Positions 1-11,742 of a stretch of 64,000 nucleotides of DNA are shown here, piece by piece. The notes beneath the pieces are model-generated. The model worked only from the letters and a program-made list of their open reading frames with translations, searched no databases and was not told where the DNA came from. Made by a program: the position numbers and the translations under genes. The number at the start of each line of letters is the position of its first letter. The stretch's first letter is position 1. Location: assembly GCA_024704765.1 (NCBI GenBank), contig JAKMXF010000321.1, forward strand, positions 558,001-622,000. Reading direction: 5' to 3'. This DNA is from Oopsacas minuta. Taxonomy: Eukaryota; Animalia; Porifera.

Positions 1-764
1 CCAAAAATTCAAAATGATGCTAAAGATTTGTTTCAACGGTTACTCTTGGGTAATCATGTGCGTAGAATTCGTTTCTGACATTTGCAAATATCAAACATAG
101 ATACTTATCATACATTTCATCATATTTTGTTAGATGCTCGTAGGACCTTGAGTTACACTACCAGTCAATCAGTTGGACTTTTTTTGCCTAATGCACCATT
201 CATAGAATTGTATTCGTTTAGCCTACACCAAGATTGAGACATAACTCACTGATGTCTAGACAGAGAAACAAACCTCAGTTTGCTCAGCTAGAGGTAACCA
301 GTGCTGCTTGTAGATTCCGTAAGGATAACATTGACTGATTCATATCGTATTGTTTGTATATCTTGTTTATGTTATTGATGCACTTGTCATTATATGTAGG
401 TACTGCATGCTACTGTTTCACCGATTTCTGATAAACATACGTATTGTTGTTATATACTGTTAAGTAAGTTGTAGACTAATCTAGTTCTAAGCGCTTTGTC
501 TCGATTTGATTAATAATTATTCTATTCCGGCCTAAGTGTTAAGATCGTGATGAATCGTAACAAACATTTTTGTTGACATTTAGACTCTATTTTTGATTTT
601 CAAAAATTCAAAATTTTGCCTGTCGTAAGGAGCGAAGCATAGTTACCTATTGATCATAATTTCTGGTACTAAGTCACCAACTGCTAGTCAGGTTCCATGT
701 AATCCTGTATAAATAGGCCTGAGCAGTACTACAAGTTAACATATTTAAAAATTCCTAAAATAGC

Positions 765-2210
765 ATGAGTGGGTGTAAGATAGATGTCAGATCGAGATTA
801 AACCAAACTCGCAAAGAAGAGAGAGAATATTCTAAACTAATCTGTTCATTCATGCGTAGTCTAGACGAGCACCAGAGGAAACAAGATGATATCGATAAGC
901 GAGAGAGAGCTCTCTCAGAAGCAGAATCTGTCAGGACACAATTACAAACAGATCTTATAGCAGGAGCTGACGGAATGGGTCGTGCTCACGAATCAGCTGA
1001 TTCTATTCAAGAGCTAGAGAGTAATGCGAATGATTCTTATCTTGTTAGGAAGATAGAAAGTGATTCCAAAGCAAGAGAGAGATATAAACAAGCTATATCT
1101 AAGCTAAATAAACAGAAAATGGATGATATCAATTTGAAAAATACTAAACGCACTCAACTCCCCACTCCCAAGTTTTCGCAAGAAAGCACATTCAATGCAA
1201 TCGCGAAAGCTATCGAAACTAAGAAACATCAAAAACGCGAATTTGATCCTTGTCTAAAATCTAAACCTATTACAGGTTCAACTGTGAAGAAATATTCTTT
1301 GTCTTATATTAATGTGTATTCTGCTCCTAACAAGCATAAAGTTGAGAAGAGTGATAAGAAGAATGGTGAGGGAAAAATACGCAATTTGTTTATTTGTTTG
1401 TTTACTTTTGTGGTTTGGCTAAAATTATTTCTTGAAAAGAATACAGCAGTGTTTGCTTATTTGCAATTTGTCTCATAGCAAAATCCGTATATTAGCAAGG
1501 GAAATTCATGCAAGATATGATTTGCTAATAGACGAACTCCACTCTAGTATACTAGAGAGTTTAAAATAAGCATATAGATGTTCTTTTACTTCCCACAGTT
1601 TTTCTTGTTCAAAAAATACAAGTAATGAACTCTTGTTAACAATCAAATTGAATATAACTTTATGTAACAAATTTTCAATTATATAGAAACAAAAGCAGCT
1701 GACTTGGCTGTAGTTAAGAATGCTGAAACAAAGCGAAAAGAAGCAGAACATGCAATGAGGAGAGAGGAACAGTTAGAAAGAGCTCGCTTAAGAGGGAAAC
1801 ATGCAGACCATATCAATAGAATGGAGAAAGATAGACAAGAAATACTGAGAGAATTATCTTTCTATCAAAAGAAGGAGATGCAACAAAAACGCACAAAATT
1901 AGAAGCAAACATCCCACTAGATCCTCCTTACCCAGAAAAGAAAGCAATAGAACGTAGAAAACAGAGAGAACTTGAATCTCAATTTGAAAAGCTATTTATA
2001 CCTTCTCAGGATCATACTGTAAAACCTACTGAACAATCTCAAGAGAGTGCTTACAATAGTCAGACAAAATTGAGAGACTTAATATCTCAACAGAAATTTG
2101 TCTTCAATGAAATGAATGAAATGACAGATGATAATTTAATGACGTCATTACCTGACAGCAGTTCACAGAGTCTATCTGTGTATGCTCTATCTACCGACGC
2201 TAGTTTATAG
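765..2210 (+). CDS. CEP295: CEP295 (Ana1/KIAA1731) N-terminal-domain-like protein, about 374 aa; join(765..1365,1687..2210)
   Basis: Two ORFs joined by a phase-1 intron (AATG|GTGAG; TATAG|AA; alternative in-frame acceptor at 1698). GMGRAHESA, ERARLRGKHA, QEILRELSFYQKKE and QRELESQFEKLF resemble recalled human CEP295 N-terminal segments SMGEGHRQA, EKAHVRGFQA, QEKLMKELKQLQQE and QRELEFAFEDMY in the same order. Confidence 0.7.
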
Positions 2211-2680
2211 CTGTGTAACCCAATCTCTTACTAACCTTTTAACTACTTCATGAGATAAGTGTTCATCTCTGAAATATATACACTAACTACTGACCACACG
2301 AACTCGGTTATTTGAGCGTTTATCTGCCTGCGTTTTTTCGTCCAATTTGTTGGAGATATATTGCATGTTTGTTGAGTGCATATCCGGCTGAAACGTGCGG
2401 AAGAGCGTTTGTATCTTGCTTTTTTGGTAGACAATAGGCCAGCGTTTCCCAACCTGGTGATCCACTGACGAAATTAGGGATTCCACAGGATATCAAAATT
2501 TGTATTGAAATCTATGAGAAGGTGCCACATGGCTACAGAAAGGTATGGCCATTACATTATATGAGGGATCCTTGGATAAATACAGTTGGGAACCGCTGCT
2601 TGTCTATGATTTTAACCCATTGAAACTTAACATTGAAATTGTCTATTTATTTCATACTTAACAGTAGTTCACATTTGGAA

Positions 2681-4084
2681 ATGATTACAAGTAACTCATG
2701 TTTGGTAAAGTACGACAATCCTGTTCTCATCAGCAAGACAGAGTTGAGACTAAATACTAGCAAGCCTAGATCATCTGGCGTAGGTAGTAACACTGCTAAC
2801 CAGACCAAGCAAAATCCGGCTGAGCAGAGATCTAAGGAGACAGAGGAAATACTCAACAAGATTATACCTCCACAGGTATGTAGCATTAATGACATTTCTG
2901 AGAGGTAATTACTGGGATTGAAATATTTAGGCTAATATTTGTTAAAAATTTTTTCAGCTCCACGGCTGGGGGGCCCATCATTTTTTGCCACATGAATATT
3001 GTCATTATTTCACTATTTTCTCAGTGAAGTTCAACCACACAATATATATTACGTGCTAACTAAAGGGTAAATAGTACAGTAGTGATTTTATCTTCACAGA
3101 CTTCCTTTAAAACTCGCAAAATTTAGTAGAGTATCATTCCATCAATTGACCATTTTGTATTATTATAATGTCATAATATGATGAAATGCCACCCACCCGC
3201 ATTCACAGACGTACATCATGTGGAGCTGAAACAAGTTTCTCATTAACAAGGTCCTTAATACTACAGCATTGAATGTAGGAATGGAATCAGAACAATCAGC
3301 TATGGAGACAATGTGTATCAGCTACACCTGCTACTCGTCTAGACGTGTGTGCTCTACAAGAACAGCTGGAGATGAGACTACTACAGAGAGAGGCTAGAGA
3401 GACTGGGATATGTCCTATCAGGAGGGAGTTATACACAGAATGCTTTGATGAGTTAATTAGACAAGTGAGTAGCTTATCTTGCTATATACAGCGGAGTTCA
3501 CCTATTAGCAATTCGTATATTGCACGAATTTCCTTGTTAATACCTGAACTTGCTATTACAGGAATTATTCCCAATACAAACCGGAATAAGTCCATGAAAC
3601 ACTTGCAAGTATTTGGGGGAATTTTGCTAATAAGCGAGCACCACTGTACTATATATATATATACTGACCTGATTAACCGGTGGTCTTCAGTATGTATATT
3701 AATGAGACCCAATAACAGGTTACTATTATATGTGCAGAGCGTGGTCTCCTCCTCCTCAGGGTACGAGATGAGATAAAGATGACACTCAATGCTTACCAAA
3801 CTCTATATGAAAGTAGTGTAGCATTTGGAATGCGTACTGCTTTATCAGCTGCTCAGAAACATACAGCAGCTAATCGTACTAGTCAAGAGTTAGGAGCAGA
3901 GATAGCTGAGTTACAACGTAAAGTTACAGAAGAGAGGAGAAGTAGTGATGAAAGTGCTAAGAGGGAAGCAGAGAGGAGGAGCGCCGAGGAGGCTAGACAC
4001 CAGGAAGAAGTACAGAATTTGAAGAATAGCAATGCTGGACTAAAGTCACAATTAGATAATATATTTACTGTAGCAAAGAAGTAG
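2681..4084 (+). CDS. DNALI1: Axonemal dynein light intermediate chain p28, 248 aa; join(2681..2875,3279..3464,3719..4084)
   Basis: The spliced product reads MITSNSCLVKYDNPVL...ARETGICPIRRELYTECFDELIRQVTIICAERGLLLLRVRDEIKMTLNAYQTLYESSVAFGMR, typical of DNALI1. Both introns are GT-AG, phase 0. Confidence 0.96.
2930..3254. mobile_element. PIF/Harbinger (Tourist-like) MITE family T1, in DNALI1 intron 1
   Basis: Right TIR TGGAGCTGAAACAAGTTTCTCATTAACAAGGTCC, degenerate left TIR, TTA on both flanks. Confidence 0.8.
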
Positions 4085-4548
4085 AATATTGGCTACACGC
4101 TATATTGCAACACGATCACTATTACTGTATTATTATTCCCAAGATATACCTCTATATATTACAATGGTATTATTCTGAAAGCAAACCTGTATTCGTAGAA
4201 CCTCTCGTTAATTAGGGACCGCACTATTTGTCCAATAAATCACTGAAATCAATATATTGGAACCAAAACTCGATATCGCGTTTCCAGACATCTCTTACAA
4301 TCATTTTTAAAATATACAGAAACTACCAATAATTATCGAATATTTCCCAATTCAAAAATCACGACATGTATTTACAAATATCCGAGATATTATGATAAAT
4401 ACAAATCCTCTAAAACTTTGTCAACCAATTTTTAACTGCAGTATTGTCAATTCTTGGGATTGAAAAATTGCATGAAGTTTCGTATTAACGAGAATATACT
4501 GAATTCTGTCTCTATAGCCAATAAAAAACTTACTCACAATGTTTTTAG

Positions 4549-6684
4549 ATGTTCTCTATTCCCATTTTCCAAAATGTATATATAACTAGCTCCCGCTTCC
4601 TTGTAAGGTATACCAGGAGTCTGTTTAGTGACAATCATTACAGAGTAGGTATAGTGGGTAGTGGTCCAGCAGGATTCTACACAGCTCAGAGATTATTGAA
4701 GCTAAATAGTAATGTTAGAGTTGATATTATTGAACGTCTACCAACTCCATTTGGACTTGTCAGGTCTGTACAACTTTTAAGTGTATATAAGTACATCAAT
4801 AGGATTAATCACCAGTTTTAATATGAGTAGAAATTTGCTTTGCTAATTGCTATGTAAAATATTTTAGTCTAAATCGCCTGTAATATTTCTGGGCCTAAAA
4901 ATATATGAATATTTCAAATGTTTAAGTAGTAAAATGTGTATGCACAATCTGTAATCAAACTCATCAAAGAATTATCCTTTAATTTGTTAAAATACAAATA
5001 CATTTTTCCTGACGGGGGATAAAATTCGGGATGAGAAAAAATTCTATCGCTTTACATGTCCTCCTATTTATACTCAAACTTTACTGTAGATATGGTGTAG
5101 CTCCCGATCACCCAGAAGTTAAGAACGTTATAACTAACTTCACAAATCTTTTGAAAGACACTCGTTGTAGATTCTACGGTAATATCTCTGTCGGTACAGA
5201 TATCTCTCTCTCTCAGCTGTTCACATACTATTCTGCTATTGTCCTAGCTTATGGAGCTGATTCTGATAGAAAGCTAGAAATACCGGGGGAAAATGCTAAG
5301 GGTTTCCTCTCTGCTAGACGGTTTGTTGGTTGGTATAACGGTCTACCAGAGGATGTCAGTCTAGATGTAGACTTGTCTTCTCAAACAGCTGTTATTATTG
5401 GACAAGGTTTGCTATTAATATAATGGCAATGCAGCATGGAGTACAGTGAAACCTCCACAAACGGGGAACTTCTGGAAGCAGAGTGAAAAATATATAGAGC
5501 GAATTCCTAGTCCCATACTAATGAACCTCCACAACTGGAATTTGACAGTAACGGGGAAACGGGGTAGCATTTTTTGGCGTCCCTGGCACCCCGTTTGTGG
5601 AGATTACACTGTACGGTGGAACCTGCATAAACCGACACTCGTTGAGACATGAAAACTTTCTCGGTTTAGCAAATTGTCGGAATATGCAAGTGAATTTGTA
5701 TTGTCGGAAGCTATTTCAGATATCTTTATTCAGTTAAGCAATAATGAAATTAATCCCATTCTCCATCCACCAGGTAACGTAGCTATAGACGTAGCTCGTA
5801 TCCTCCTTACACCCACAGAACAACTTGAAAAGACAGATATATGTAATCATGCTCTGCTAGCTCTGAGAGAGAGTAAGATACAGAGAGTAGTATTGGTGGG
5901 AAGGAGAGGCCCCTTACAAGTCGCGTTTACTATAAAAGAGCTCAGAGAATTACTTAAATTGAAACAAATAACAACTTTACTAACAAAAGAAGATCACGAT
6001 TTCTTAGAACCTATAATATCAACATTACCAAGAGGCAGAAAGAGACTAATAGAACTTCTATACAAAACATCAAGACAATCTTTACACACAGAAACATCAA
6101 ACAAATGCCTCGAAATTTCATATCTCCGTTCACCTACCATTATTAATACAAACACTGAAGGTAAGATTAATTCCATTACATTTGAAGTAAATAAGCTACA
6201 AGATCATAACAGTATCAATACTAAGGCAATTGGCACTGGAGTGTATGAGACAATTGAATGTGGTATTGCCTTTAGAAGTATTGGCTACAAGAGTATACCA
6301 ATACTCGAATCAGTACCATTTGATAATATTAAACACGTTATACCTAATGAGAGAGGTAAGGTAACGCATTTAGATGGTACACTCTATAAAGGATTGTATT
6401 GTAGTGGTTGGATTAAACGGGGACCTGTTGGAGTAATAGCCTCCACTATGAATGATGCTTATGAAACAGCTGAGAGAGTACATGAAGATTTAACAGCTGA
6501 TACACTACAGAGTTTTAACACAGATTTTAAATTATCTGATTTAATACCAGAGGGGCATAGAATGGTAAATTATACTGATTGGTCTAGTTTGGATACAGAA
6601 GAGGTATCAAGGGGCGGAGAGAGCAAGCCAAGAGAGAAAATAACCTCTATACAGGAAATGATTAGGATAATGAACAATAAGTAA
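4549..6684 (+). CDS. FDXR: NADPH:adrenodoxin oxidoreductase, mitochondrial, 480 aa; join(4549..4763,5090..5406,5774..6684)
   Basis: FAD motif [24 protein letters not shown] across intron 1, NADP motif [11 protein letters not shown] across intron 2, and [16 protein letters not shown]-terminus resembles a mitochondrial presequence. Confidence 0.97.
5444..5611. mobile_element. Tc1/pogo-type MITE in FDXR intron 2
   Basis: TA|CAGTGAAACCTCCACAAACGGGG ... CCCCGTTTGTGGAGATTACACTG|TA. Confidence 0.85.
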
Positions 6685-6864
6685 TTGTATGGAAATACAA
6701 TTGTTGTTTCGATTAGTTAAATATATAACTGGTATCATGGTATCATATAGGTAACAAATCGCTACTGCACATATGTTTATTATAATATTTTTATTATATG
6801 CACAAATATCCATAAATATGCAAAACAGGCTAATAACAAATAGTACAGATATAGGAGAGATACT

Positions 6865-9800
6865 TTATTTGATATCGATTAGAGTTTTAGGTTTTATTCC
6901 ACACTTTAAGATTTTATGAATCAAATCCTCACTGTGTTCAGGACTGACCAGTTGTAACCTACATTCATCTTTGAATTTTATCACAATTTCCTTGTTAGCT
7001 GTCATGGACCATATATCTACGTCACTCGTACTCCACATGGTAGCTAGATCTATCTCACAGCTTCTTGACATGCTCAGTAGATGGAAGTTCCTCTTATTGA
7101 TACCCAGCACTGTATCTTTGATCCTTTTATCTACCTTATTGTTAATTTTAACGTAAAAGTATGTAGATTCTCTCAATCTGCTTTCTTCGGCTAGTTTTAT
7201 GACCTGTGGCATTATTTCATCGGGGGACGATTTCATACACAAGTTTATTGAAGGTTCAATATGCGAATTCATCTCTGGATCGTTCTTATACACATCTGGG
7301 ATCATTCTCTCCCAATCTTTAAGTCGGTATATAGCCCCTAAATATGAAATCAAATTCTTTACATTATCTTTTCTCAATGGGAGTGCTCCTTGGACTAAAG
7401 GGAGTAATGAGCGGTGAAAATGTTCTGGTAAATTCTGCTCACGCTCGCTTATATAACGATTGTAGTTATTTTCATCAAAGCCTGCATTAGCCTGTGAGAT
7501 ACATATGATATGCGAGGTGAATACATTGATTTGATGGAGAGATACGGTTGGGTCTAATGGTATCTTTCCTTTACCAGTGATCTTTTTCAAAAAATTTTCT
7601 AATTTCTGTGGCCCTGTATTTATTCTATCATTAACTTCAAGTAGTCCTACCTGTGCTCCAAGCGTTACGACCGATTTCGCCATACTATAATTATAATATG
7701 ATGTTAATTTTTCTGTTAGTACAATTCCTATAGGATGTTCTAGAGATAGCATTTCCTGAGTTAGTATATTGTGTTCCGCTAGGTAGAGGTAGAACACTGA
7801 ATGGTTAGAGATTATATCATAGAACTTCGCTTCTTCCGGACTGCTTGTCTTGTCCAATAGTACTTTCCGTTTCTTGTAACCTTTATACACGTAACATATT
7901 ATATTTCTATTGAATGGATTACATGGTATTTGTACGTTTTACATATTTACCATTTACTAAAAAAATAACTATTTTCCCTGTCATATGTATTCCCAAAATC
8001 CGGGTTTTTCTGGATTGTGAATTTTATATACAAATACATGATAAGAATTTTTCCTGTATTTATTAGAAATTAGCAAGAATTGTCCAATGTTTGTTGGATT
8101 TTCTTTTCTCCTGGAATTGGAAATAATGTAAATCCCGGGATTCAGGAAAGTTGGAAAGTATTATAATCAAGCATATTGCTTCAAATAACTTCACTATGAT
8201 GAAATATTATTGTATATATTGTTACAATACATACACGTATTCGTATTTCCCCTTAGTAAATATACTTACCTTGTTGATCAAGGGCTAGTTCAGTTCTCTC
8301 ATTTATCAATTCTCTCAGATTGAACACTGCAAGAGAAGTATCTCCCTCTCTCTTTTCAAATTCTTGTTGTTGTGTTTGTTTATCTTCTTCAGGAGAACTT
8401 AACAATACCAAATATTGATCAGAATTTTTCAAAGGTTCATTAGTTTGGTTAGAATTCTCTTTCTTTTGTTCATTAGACATCGTATCATAATTTATAGTGT
8501 TAATATCACCAATTCTGTGTGTGTTACCCGATCGTGGAGTATCTAAGAAATTTGCATACTGCGGATCACCAGGCTTTGGTCGAAACTTTCTCACATCTTT
8601 AGAAGAAATATTTTCCATACTATTCCTTCTGGGAGGTAGTCTTGGCTTTATTTCATCAGTTGACAGTATATCTATGCTATTGCTACGCTCTATTTTACAT
8701 TGTTCAATATTATCACTTTGTATGATGTTGTCTTGTGGATACATGTAGGGAGTAGGAAATGGTGGTCTGTCATCGTTTGGATAAAGTCCTGATCTCTGTC
8801 TATTAGTTTTAATTTCTCCATCATCCAAGGGTAGTGGTGGTCTCTGTGTACTTGGATAGCCCAGCTCTTTGGGGAGGGATTCGTGTATAATTGTATTGCT
8901 CTCTCCAAATATATCGTTTTGATGATACTGTGTGTGTTGTCTAATTTCTAAAGGGGCGTGTGGTATATTCAATTGCGGTTTATTGGGTAGAGCGGATTGC
9001 AGGACTGCAGTCTCCGTAGGGTAACGATTCATATTTAAGTTATGTTGTAGCTCTTTATTTTCTAAATGAGATCGATTTCTATCTGAATAGTTAGGGTATG
9101 GTTCTCTAACTGATATTACAGTATTCGTATAGGTAGGTCCAATGGGGTCTTCTCTCGGTGGTGCGTACCTCAAGGGAGTATTACCCATCTTTGGAATAGC
9201 AATTGGGGAGCGATTATCGAGTGGTGGCAGCGGTAGGGGCCTTGTCCCAGAACTTTCTTGTAATATTTTCTTACCCTTTGGTGGAAGAAGTGGACTCCTA
9301 GCCTTAAAATCTTGCATCGATCTATTCATTAGCAGATTTTCATCTTGATTATTTCTCACGCTTTGTGTTAGCATAACATCAGGCCTGATATTATTTCGCT
9401 GATTTGAGTATGGTTTGTCTGTTACTATAGTGTTAACGTATTGCCTCTCCTCTGCTTCTGGAGTTCTGAAACAGATTGCTTCAACTGTTTTCCATTCTTC
9501 TAGTAAGGTTGTGAGGAAAGAGAGCATCTCCAATGGTAACGTGCATTTCTCCCTAATTGCTAATAATTAATTATAACTACCGCAATATTGTATTATTCCT
9601 ATTAGAGTGAACACCAAATAGCTCAGAAATCCTTCCATAAATTACTTTATGCAAATTGCGCTTATAACGAAGTGATTCTTACCTATAACGAACTTGGTTC
9701 CCAAATATCTTTTAGTATATAACGAATTCGGCGTATCCCCAAATAAACCCGATGTATGTTTATTGGGTCATCGACTTTATTCACCCCATTACCTTTGGCT

Positions 9801-9982
9801 GTGGTTTATATCTCTTCTATTGATACACGCGTAAGTAACGGTCGAACGAAAAACTTGATTAATATAATGTTGCTTGATTCGGACACACTTCAAATACGAA
9901 ATATTACATTTTATTTACAAAACTTACATTCAAGGAGGAATTCATTGTCTTTTTTGAATCTTTCACTCTTTAAATCAGCCAT
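6865..9982 (-). CDS. Proline/tyrosine-motif-rich adaptor with a C-terminal FERM-like domain, about 786 aa; complement join(6865..7880,8270..9559,9928..9982)
   Basis: Three exons join in phase 1 (GAAT|GTAAGT, CAAG|GTAAGT). C-terminal LAEESRLRESTYFYVK...TVLGINKRNFHLL resembles the FERM F2/F3 junction and PH-like lobe. The central region is low-complexity and rich in PxxP and YxN motifs. The last acceptor (AAG) is weak. Confidence 0.6.
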
Positions 9983-10218
9983 TTAGAAATACACAGTTTG
10001 TGAATGTAATTGTAGAGACTTGTTCTACAACTTATACCTACACTGGTCACTGTATTAAGTTACCAATAAATAGCTAATCAATAGCATACCCATAAAGATG
10101 CTATTACGACGAATCGGCTGATAACCTCGATTGAATAATGAATTTAACCACACTATACAAAATTCTCACTGTATTCTCAATTCATACTGCACAACATGCT
10201 CTAATAAATATATACATT

Positions 10219-11519
10219 TCAAAGGTCAGTTTGGTTGCCAGGGCCAGGCTTATTCGAACTTCCCACTTTCTCTACATCTTCCATAGCAATTAAATCTTGA
10301 CTACTATCAGCTAGCAGAGCTTTCTTATCTTCAGGTATTTTCTTGGATTTAAAAATCTTGTCTCTTAACTCCTGTGTACTTCCATTGACACTATCCTCAT
10401 CTATTAGTCCAGTTAGATCTTCTGGAATGTTCTCTTTTCCAGAAGGGAATTCCTCTTGACTTATAGCTGTAGTATCAAAATTATCATCTTCCACATCTAA
10501 CTCTCTGAGTGTTTGAAATGTGAATTCTTGTTCTGATTTCCTGATTTTAGATTTGTATAATTTTCTGATTAAGAGAATTAGTACGATGATTGATGAAACT
10601 ATTATAACACCTAGATAATTATATTGAATGAAATAATCTCTCATTCTGTTGAACTGATTCAAATACACAATATACTGAGTTTAATAGCTTTTGTTATAAT
10701 TTATATTAGGTAACGAATTTATTGATATTGTCCCACGCTCCTGGAAATGTCATAGGCCTGGCAGAAGCAAATTGGAAGTGGTAGGGTGAATTTTCTAAAG
10801 AGAGTATGGCAGAGCTCTAATCATTTTATATTTTCGAAGTAAGTCGAGCTCTGTCGGCCCTATACGTACCATAATTTAACGAAAAGCTATAATTTTGTAA
10901 CAATAACAAAATTTCTAACCTGTTGGAATGATGATGAGTATACATATGATTCCTATAATCAGTCCAATATGAGCCTGTGCAGTACAACTACATACAGATC
11001 TTCCTCCACAATCTGGGTCTATAGTGATACTCCCTCCATTCTGTAGATTAAAACTGTTGACCGATAAATTACATAATCCTAGCTTTATATTATAATATAG
11101 GACAGTTTCATACAGAAATATTTGTTTTAAGAATATATCTACAGCTAAATTACCCCGGAGATTTGCATATATTTCTCATTAGTCATTACCAAATTAAAAT
11201 TATCCTAGTGAACTTACTAAGATGTCAGATTCCTAATCTCTTCAATATCAAATACATTTTCTCCTTTCCAATTAATCCCTAACACTTCAACGTTTGTACT
11301 GACGGTAATAACACCAGTGAGAGTGGAATTTATTTCTGGAAATGATACATTATCCTTTCGACAAGGCGATTTAATTGCTGTTGAATTGTTTATTAGCCAA
11401 TTATGAGGTTCTTCCCATATTTTATCATATTGTCCATCAAAATTCCAAGTGAATAACTCGCAATTTTCAATAGAAATCAGACTACAAACTGACAACACAA
11501 AAATTATTATTTTCATCAC
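10219..11519 (-). CDS. Type I membrane protein with amnionless-like N-terminus; exons about 11250..11519, 10920..11090, 10219..10610
   Basis: Signal peptide; W-EEPHNW...SPC..D.V.FP resembles the amnionless N-terminal motif; CGGRSVCSC; TM helix assembled across a phase-1 intron (IGLIIGIICILIIIPTG/VIIVSSIIVLILLI); acidic tail. The exon 1-2 junction is unresolved. Confidence 0.55.
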
Positions 11520-11742
11520 ACAAAACTCTGTTATGAATCTGCTTATCTATCTTTAAATATATGTGTCGAGATATTTTCAAATCTTTTAAGTTAAGCCTAT
11601 GAAATATTAAATTACCTCTGTTCTAGATATTTGCATTGATCAACATTACCCACCATTCAATCTTGTATACAATATTAGATCTTCATAGCGAATTTACCAT
11701 AAAAGTAGGTTTTTTGATATTTTCACAGTCCCCGATACCTTT
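11520..11742. promoter_or_regulatory. Probable bidirectional promoter between the amnionless-like gene and DDX56
   Basis: Head-to-head start codons only about 220 nt apart; inferred from geometry only. Confidence 0.5.

Noticed and set aside
130-350. Possible small minus-strand exons (YPYGIYKQHWLPLAEQTE / AKRIQFYEW)
   Set aside because: No start codon or homology; too short to support.
1479-1570. Coding-like stretch KIRILAREIHARYDLLIDELHSSILESLK in the CEP295-like intron
   Set aside because: Its acceptor phase does not match the upstream donor and it ends in a stop.
2876-3278. Idea that MITE-filled introns (DNALI1, DDX56, RAB8, MCM10) were created by transposons (introners)
   Set aside because: The MITE ends do not coincide with splice sites; removing them leaves normal small introns.
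3345-3776. 143-aa ORF as a separate gene
   Set aside because: It is DNALI1 exon 2 reading into intron 2.
5446-5652. 68-aa ORF in the FDXR locus
   Set aside because: It lies inside a MITE in intron 2.
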